Source: Stramenopiles sp. TOSAG23-2
Taxonomy: Eukaryota
Assembly (NCBI GenBank): GCA_900128395.1
Contig: LT649327.1
Coordinates: 1-37,338 of the forward strand
Reading direction: 5' to 3'
DNA: 37,338 nucleotides
Shown here: positions 30,001 through 37,338 of the stretch, piece by piece
Layout: the number at the start of each line of letters is the position of its first letter
Numbering within the stretch: position 1 is the stretch's first letter
Notes under the pieces: model-generated
Told to the model about the DNA's origin: nothing
The model's input: the letters and a program-made list of their open reading frames with translations, nothing else
Database searches by the model: none
Program-made: the position numbers and the translations under genes

Positions 30001-33000
30001 AGCTTTGATATTAATCGTTCCACCTTCTAATACCCACACAGATTTGTCAACATTATCTTCCTTATCATCTTTCTTTGGTTTTTCAACGCCATCATTCTCA
30101 CCTTCTTCCTTTTCCTTATCATCTTCCTTTACCTTGTCATCTTCGTTGATATCTACACTAACATTTTTTTTTGAAAATTCTTTCAAGGCCTTCTCTTTAT
30201 CTTCGTTTTCGTTAATTTCTTTCAATTGTTTTATTTGTTCGTCAATACTCATTTTGTACTTTTTCCACGTGATCGGTTTTGTAGCATCTCCTAACGCACT
30301 GTGTGGACGCCTGAGTTTATTTGCCTCCTCAATGTCTTCTTCGTTTGAATTGTCATGAAGTTTCGGTAAGGAATCGTGTTTTGGGATTTGGATTGTAATT
30401 TTCGTATGCCATGAATACCTAATAGTATATTTCTCTGGATCTTTCTCTTTTTTTGATTTTCCATCTTTGCCCGACTGATGCTCCTCCTCTATTTTCTTAA
30501 ACTTGGTTATCCATGCATCAGCATTGATTGGTACTTCGCGCCAACATGCAGGAACGTTATAATTTTCTTCGCCTTCTTCGTAATCTTCATACGGTAACAA
30601 GGTACGACGTGGAGATTCCAAATTCAGTTTTTTTAGTTCCTCTTCCTTTGGTTTTTGATCGTCGTCATTCTCCCCTTCTGCCTCTAGAGCATTCTTGTTT
30701 TCTGCAGCTTTCTCTGCAGCTATCTCTGCAGCTTTCATAGCATCTTCGGCCATTTTCAATCCATCTTGCTCCCAGTACATGTACATTACGTTCCTATTGT
30801 GTTTCAACGCTTCACCTTTTGAATCTTGCGATACGTTTAATGCAGGAGCCTTCGACGTTATGCTAAAATCTCCATTTTTCCATTGATAGTTTCTCGTAGA
30901 AGGCTTTACATATGGATGATATTTTGCTTCTTTATTTTCATCTGGAACGTCGGATTCCCGTTCGGGGACTTGGAATGAATAGGTTCCATCGACGAGGCCA
31001 TGGCAATCTTTTACTTCTATGAAAAACGTGTTCTCTTTTTTCAACAACGCGTTCTCTTTTTTCTCTTCTTCTTCTTCTTCTTTAGCCTCATCAACTTCCT
31101 TTTTTTCAGCATCTGCTACATCTACCGCCTTCTTGTCTTCTTTTGCAACGCGTGCCTTCAATACTTCCTCGTTTAAGACTTTTTCGCAGAGCATAATAGG
31201 GCGATCTAAAAATAAAGTTACTTGCCAATCATGGTCATCACCCTTATTCTTTTCTTCTTGCTGATTGGCACTGTCTTTGTTCTCGTCGTTCCCTTCGTTG
31301 ACTTTGTTCCCCTCATTTGCTATGTTTTCCCCATTAGATACATCATTTTTTGTTGAAACTTTCTTATCTGCTCGTTTTAAATGTGCAGATAATATGCATG
31401 CTTGATTGAAGTCGACGTTTGAAGTGCCCGCAACATCGCTTGTGCTTGGGGCCCCGATGTTAATTAATCGGCTATTACGAAGTGTCTTGCCATCTTTTCC
31501 TTTTTTCGACATCCATCCCGTTGGTAAGCTCAAATCACGAGCTTCTACTACGTTGATAAACAAGTTTCCAGGTGTTTCAGTGGGTGGTGGGACAAATATT
31601 AAATCATCCTCTGGTTTTGGTACTTTCTCTCGTTCGTACATTGCTTCGTCTTCCAAATGTTGCTCAAACATTACGTAGAATTCATGCTGCGATAATAGAT
31701 TATCTTCCCCGGCCAATACGCCAAAATCATTGTTCGGGCCTTCTGTAGTTATATCACTATTTAAAAAGCCTAATTCCAATAGCCTGTTTTTAAATTCTTT
31801 TGGAGTCAGTACAGGCCCTTCATCATCGCCCTCCGTCGTGGCACTCTTATTTTCTTCTGGTTTTGACACGGCTTTGTCCCCTTTATTTTGTGGCTTAAAC
31901 ATTGTCAATAGTGTTGAAATATGTATACCACGTGTTTTAGACAGTTCGATTATTTTTTCACGAACATTTTCGTATAAAATATCTTTTTTCAGTTCCGCGT
32001 CTTTTTTTAACTGAGATTGAAGCTTTGCAGATGTAGATGGTGGTGGGGGTATTTCACCGTCTTGTTTATCTACGATTGCTTCGTCGTGAAGTTTAATGTC
32101 ATCGGCGCCAATTAGATTCCATGTACTCAGTTTGGTTGGTTTCTTTTTCGTTTCATCAAATTTACACCCAATTACACTTAAATGGAATGGGCCAGAACCT
32201 TGTACCAAATCTTTTTTGCTAACACGTTTATAAGTACTTGGGACGATAAAGTATTTGGCCGGCTTACCATCAGAATATGGTTTCAATACACACCAACATG
32301 AAGTAGCATGATTGAACTTATACATTGCTTGGTCATCTAATATTTCTAAATCTTTCGTCTCTATCGGATTACTATCAGGTAACTGAATTTTCATTTTTGT
32401 AAAATCAATTTTTTTCTTTTTGCGATTCCCTTTCTGGAATGGCGGTGGCAACGTTTCCGGGGTTATTCCTTCATCATTTTCATTCAATAAAATATGAAAA
32501 GCAATAGGATGCGTGCTTTGCCTGTAATCTTTTCCATATATTAATCGCCCATCTGCTTGACTTAACGATATAAACAGCTTTGTATCCTCTTTTATTTCAA
32601 TTTCGTACTTTGGATTTAGGCGCCACGTCTTTAACTGAATACCACCACCAGTTGTATCAGGACTCCATTCACCTTTGATCCTCATGCCATGGTATACACT
32701 ATCTTCCCAAAAAACACCAGTGCCATAACTCGAGAAGTTCAAACAACGGAAAATTATTGTAAAGTTACGTTTCCAGTCTTCATATTCCATATGGAAGATA
32801 CCATCGTCGGTACCAAGGCTAATGTTGACCTGTTCATCCATATCCATTTCATCTTGTTCGGACCATTTGCTTCCATCTAAATCTTTCTTATCTTGCCATT
32901 TTCTTAAACGAGTACATTGCATGGCATCACGAAAGAATAAAGGCATGGAATCATCGCCCCATGGTCCAGTCCATTCTCCGCGGCCCCATGGATTCCTACA

Positions 33001-34880
33001 TGCAACAAATCGTAAAACGCCCTTTTTACCTTTAGGTTGTTTATACTTTTCATACATCTCATTTTCCAGCCATTCCGTTTTATACCATGCCTTAATGTTA
33101 GCAAAATCACTACCTTTGTCAGTATCTTTCAATTTTACTAACCATTGAAGAAGGCGCATTTCTCGATTTCCTTGTTGATTCAATACAGGTTTTTCCAGAT
33201 CCTTATCATAATATGAATAGTGTTTCTCACCCCAATCTTTTCCAATTTTTTCATTTCTGTATGCCTTTGGATCTTTATTATATGTTTCTTTCGCCTTGTC
33301 GTCCAAGTCGAGAAAAAAGACGAAATTGCGAACATCCTCCGTTTCTTTGAATATAAATCCATCATCATCTGTATCTACATCAACGACTTCTTTGTGACGT
33401 TCGTATACCGCTGCAAGATCATTATAAAACTTCTCTACGATTGGAACTCCCATATTATAATTCCTTGGTTTTGCTGGTTTTGATTTATTTTTGCTTTTGA
33501 CTTCCTCTGCTGCATTTTCATAATATTCAACTTCATAAACCCCTGTAATGGAATAGGCATGTCGTTGGTGTAAACCGAAGCCAACTTTTGCTTCCACTTT
33601 AGCAGCATTTTTTGCTTTTGGATCTGGTTGGATCGAACAGCCCATTAAAGAACCGTGTTGTGAAAAGTCATGTAATTGATTCCAGAAACTATCTTTTTCC
33701 ATATTTATTTTCCCTTTGTCCTCTGTTGCAACTGAAACTTCGTTTCTCTCTTCATGGCGTTTTGGATCCCGTTTCAATAACTTACCAGTAGTTTCATGAT
33801 ATCCTAAATGTGACTCGCGCAAAACAACTTGTTCCGATACCATACCAGTCAAATCGGATAAACCATAATCAATGTAACCACCAATTAGACAATCATAAGC
33901 ACCGCTGTGTATATATATATATATATATGTACGTATACATAAATATTTAAATGTGTTAGAACGGAATGTCGAGTTATAATTGTAGTTGGTAGGAATATAT
34001 ATACTTACTGTAATTTTGCATATGCTTTTTCTATCAATGGTACCCATAATTCATTATCATCATCACCATGAGCAAATACTGGTTTGCCACTTTTATCAAA
34101 TACCGGAATACGATCATCGATAATAACATAATACCATTCAAAGTTCTTCATGAAACGGCATACAATAATACCATATTGCTTACACTGTTCAAACAAACCT
34201 GGTTCATCTAGTAATACCATTTTATTGGGATCGTCGTCATCTTCCCTGACGCAGAAGCAATCCCTTATTTTATCCGGTTGTGCAGCTAAGGTAGCAAGTG
34301 CAGATAAAAACCAACAGTCTCCCAGTTTTCCTTGTTTCACATCTTGTGCACCAATTCCAAGAAAAAGTTTGCCTTTCTTGCACCATGGATCGCCGCCGCC
34401 ACCACCACCACCGCCGCCGTATTCGTCTTCATCTCCATATTCATCATCATACTCATCATCCTCATCATCCTCTTCGTCTTCTTCTTCTTCTTTCGCTTCT
34501 TCCTCGTCGCCACCACCTTCTTTGGACGGTTTCCACTTTGGACGGTCCCAGCGTAACGTATTTGGTTGTGGGTATCTGGAATTACCAACAGCTGGTGGAG
34601 GTTTGCCTTTAAAATACAGCGCTTTTGATCCATATTCATCATCCCCATCTGCATCTGGTCCAAAGTGAGGATCAGACCACGAGTTTTTATTATCTTTCTT
34701 CGTTTTCTCCATGATTGCTTTAAGTTTTTTTATCACAATTCCTTCCGTATGTTTATCCTCATTCATTTCATCTCCTTTTCCTAAAGTATTGTGCTTCATA
34801 TGGACACTTTTAATGATGGTATCGGGCAAGGCAAACTCTTCCCCATCTTTCGATGTCCATGTAAACTTCCTATTTGCCAT
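24067..34880 (-). CDS. Giant calpain (CysPc + domain III) with EF-hands, C2 elements, coiled coil and WW domain; exons 34880-34009, 33904-24933, 24818-24067 (~3531 aa)
   Basis: Catalytic motifs QGKLGDCWFLS, HAYSI and RNPWG. Splicing intron 34008-33905 (GTAAGT...ACACAG) restores EKAYAKLHGAYDCLIGG...SDLTG. Intron 24932-24819 (GTAAGT...ATACAG) joins the EF-hand/WW ORF in frame. EF-hands FDSNRSGTIDIKEF, FDREGDGEIDYKEF, FDYDKDKTVSVSE. WW domain LPPWITK...GRYYYKNHNTKTTSWTDP. Confidence 0.9.
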
Positions 34881-35375
34881 ATTTAAAAAAGAAAACAATT
34901 AGCAATAATTCCACACGCAAAAAGATTAGCAACAATCACACTCTTATTTGTTGCGCTTTTTTCTTTTTTAATCTGTAACTTTCCTTCCTCAATCTCTCTC
35001 TTCGTCACCTTTCTACTGTTTATTATTATATTTTTCAAATAATAATTTTATTATTTAAAAAATAATGTTTTTGATGTTGCTAGTAATGCTATTTCAATGT
35101 TATTTGAATTTTTTTTCTAATATTTGAATTTCTTCTTCTTCTTCGGTCAGCAGTTGTAACCATAATACTGTATGAATACTTAGTATATTAAATATTGCAC
35201 TATTATTTCATTATTTGATAGGAGAAAAGAGTCACTCGAGCTTCTTTACTAAACGTATAGTAATGGGTGATCAATTTGCCTATTCAAAAGCAATTAGTAT
35301 ACACACAGGAAAAGAATATACTTTTATTTACACATCATGAAAAAATATTAATTATCTTTTTAACATCACACATCC

Positions 35376-35425
35376 TCTCGTCCTCCTCCTCCTCCTCCTC
35401 CTCCTCATCATCATCATCATCATCT
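35376..35425. repeat. (TCC)n(TCA)n trinucleotide microsatellite
   Basis: A run of TCC then TCA repeats in intergenic DNA. Confidence 0.9.
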
Positions 35426-35555
35426 TTTCGTGTGTATTCCAGTATTCATATATATATATCATGTTTCAGAATTTCTCACCTATTTACTTCTTTTTCGTTA
35501 AACAAGTATCTTTCAAAATTCTTCCCTCTTTTCTTTGTTTTTTTCCTTTTTTTTG

Positions 35556-36739
35556 TTACTTTTTCTTTTTATTAGAATGTAAATAAGAACGACCTGCATC
35601 ATCTGGATCTTTTCTACCAGCACCACTTGTTAATCCTTCTGCTAATCCTATTTTTGCATAACTATCCATCGTACCAAACATATAATCCAAATACATCCCA
35701 CCACCGAAATTCCCACTATTTTTTGTATGGTGAAAATCATGATATGCTGCACCATCACTATTTGTTAATCCAATTTTGTGTAAAAAAGAACCACGAAAAC
35801 AATATCCAGAATGTACTTCATACGTTTGTTGTAATCGAATTGCAATCCAAATGACTACTAAACAAGGATGTGCTGCAGTAACTAAAACACCAGCTAATGT
35901 TGGTATATAATTACTTAAAACAATTTCAACAATGTGTGCATGTTCCGCTGCAACTGTATAAATATTAAATATTTTTGAATGTATGTATATATGTTAGAAA
36001 AAAGAACTATATGTGGTTAAAATTACATACCTATATAGGATATAAATATATAATATATATATATATAAAACTTACATGATACGGTTCCAGTATACATATG
36101 ATGTTGTTTATGTATATATTTATATATTGGTGCGGCATGTAAAAGTCGATGTGACCAATAAAATCCCCAATCATTTAATACATAACAGAAAACAAATATA
36201 TAAAACATTTCTTTATTTTCTGGTAATGGTGCATTTGAGGCTGGCATTCCTAAATATTTTTGTAATGGATACAATACATAATATACTAAAGGTGGTCCAG
36301 TTAGAAACATTCCAATGAATACATCTCTAATATTCTCCATAATCAATTTTTTAGATGGAAGCTGTACTGCTTTACGATCTAACTTGTATTCAATAAACCA
36401 ACCATTTTTTTCAATAATATAAAAAAAACCGTTTACTAGTATCCATACACTAAATTTCACAACTACGAACAGAAGTGTATAAAAAATACGGTCTTGCTCT
36501 CCACTTTTATCGTTTTTCCATATCATTGGTTGTCCAATACAATAATTTAATGCTGGCATAAATAAATATGGATATGCAAAATGAACAAACAATACACATA
36601 ATATTGGGGCACGTACATATGGAATTACAATATTCCATAATAAATCCATGGTGTTTGGAAATTTATCACTCGAAGGGCGCGGTGTTAAGCGGGGTGTGAA
36701 CGTGGCGCCTCCACTTGAATATTTTTTCGCAGTTGGCAT
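35556..36739 (-). CDS. Fatty-acid hydroxylase/sterol desaturase superfamily protein (methylsterol monooxygenase ERG25/SMO-like); exons 36739-36076 and 35953-35556 (~353 aa)
   Basis: His boxes HRLLH, HKQHH, EVHSGY and HDFHH. Removing the intron 36075-35954 (GTAAGT...ATACAG) gives TGTVSFAAEHAHIVE. Also NSGNFG...LDYMFGT, TM segments, and a C-terminal KKKK* ER-retrieval-like end. Confidence 0.88.
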
Positions 36740-37182
36740 GTTTTGATTATCAGTTTTTGTAATAAAATACAAATTTTTCTGGTAAATGGAACGGTTGAAT
36801 AAGAAAGTTTATCGACGGCTCTAAATTGTATTATTCTAACGTACGGAATGAAAATTTAATCTTTTCAATGAATAAATAATGATACAAGTTAATATATATA
36901 TGTACATATATATGTATGATTGTAAAAAGTTATACACGTCGTAGTAAAATCGAATAAAAATCGTATAAATAATAATAAATAATAAAAAAAAGATGCACGT
37001 GCCATAAGAGGAAGAAAAAATAATCGCTTTCGTTCCAACAGGACGGTAATATAATAAGGTATTCTGGTATTCCAGTATTTCCGTATTTCCTTGATATTCT
37101 TCAATTCTCTATGATATACTACACTAATATGGAGCTATACTGATACGAGGATATGCACACAGGCTTTTATGCTTCCTTAATC

Positions 37183-37338
37183 AGCTCTATCCGTAGCTCT
37201 ATCCGTACCTGATAATCGAAAGGCACTACGTATGCTTGATACTTTTTTTTTTTTACGAGATGTGTATTTTCGGATATTATTAGATTAAATAATTTAATCT
37301 TTCAAGTTATTTGTCGTTTTCGTCATTTAAATAGTAAT
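37183..37338 (-). mobile_element. Second, inverted copy of the 13295-13732 TIR element (cut off by window end)
   Basis: The reverse complement reads ATTACTATTTAAATGACGAAAACGACAAATAACTTGAAAGATTAAATTATTTAATCTAATAATATCCGAAAATAC...TCAAGCATACGTAGTGCCTTTCGATTATCAGGTAC...AGAGCT, matching 13505-13731 without the 91-bp duplication. Confidence 0.85.

Noticed and set aside
33905-34047. Apparent frameshift or pseudogenisation between the two calpain ORFs
   Set aside because: A canonical 104-bp intron restores the conserved KAYAKLHG motif.
1-37338. A co-functional gene cluster, or an endogenous virus/Polinton, spanning the window
   Set aside because: The genes are functionally unrelated, and no capsid, packaging ATPase, polymerase, integrase or transposase motifs were recognised.

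Overview
AT-rich, gene-dense eukaryotic DNA with short GT-AG introns. It is most likely from a flagellated stramenopile, inferred from a Sig1/Ocm-type mastigoneme gene. Ten protein-coding genes are supported: (1) an RCC1-repeat/coiled-coil protein; (2) a secreted EGF-like mastigoneme-type protein; (3) a protein with two degenerate class III nucleotidyl-cyclase-like domains; (4) a type II membrane LicD/fukutin-family protein with a Tudor-like domain and a 441-bp tandem repeat; (5) a 1671-aa CAF-1 large subunit (CHAF1A/Cac1/FAS1) fused to chromo-barrel, FYR and HMG-box modules; (6) a spliced rhodanese; (7) a class III alcohol dehydrogenase with altered loops; (8) an F-box-like/ankyrin protein; (9) a 3-exon, about 3531-aa calpain with EF-hands, WW and an apparently split C2 domain; (10) a spliced sterol desaturase/methyl-oxidase-family gene. 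Non-coding features are a roughly 190-bp foldback palindrome, a MITE-like TIR element present twice (second copy inverted at the window end) with a nested hairpin insertion, several recent 80-440 bp tandem duplications near gene boundaries, and a TACGAA(G) motif clustered in convergent 3' intergenic regions. All domain calls are by-eye motif recognition, not database searches.
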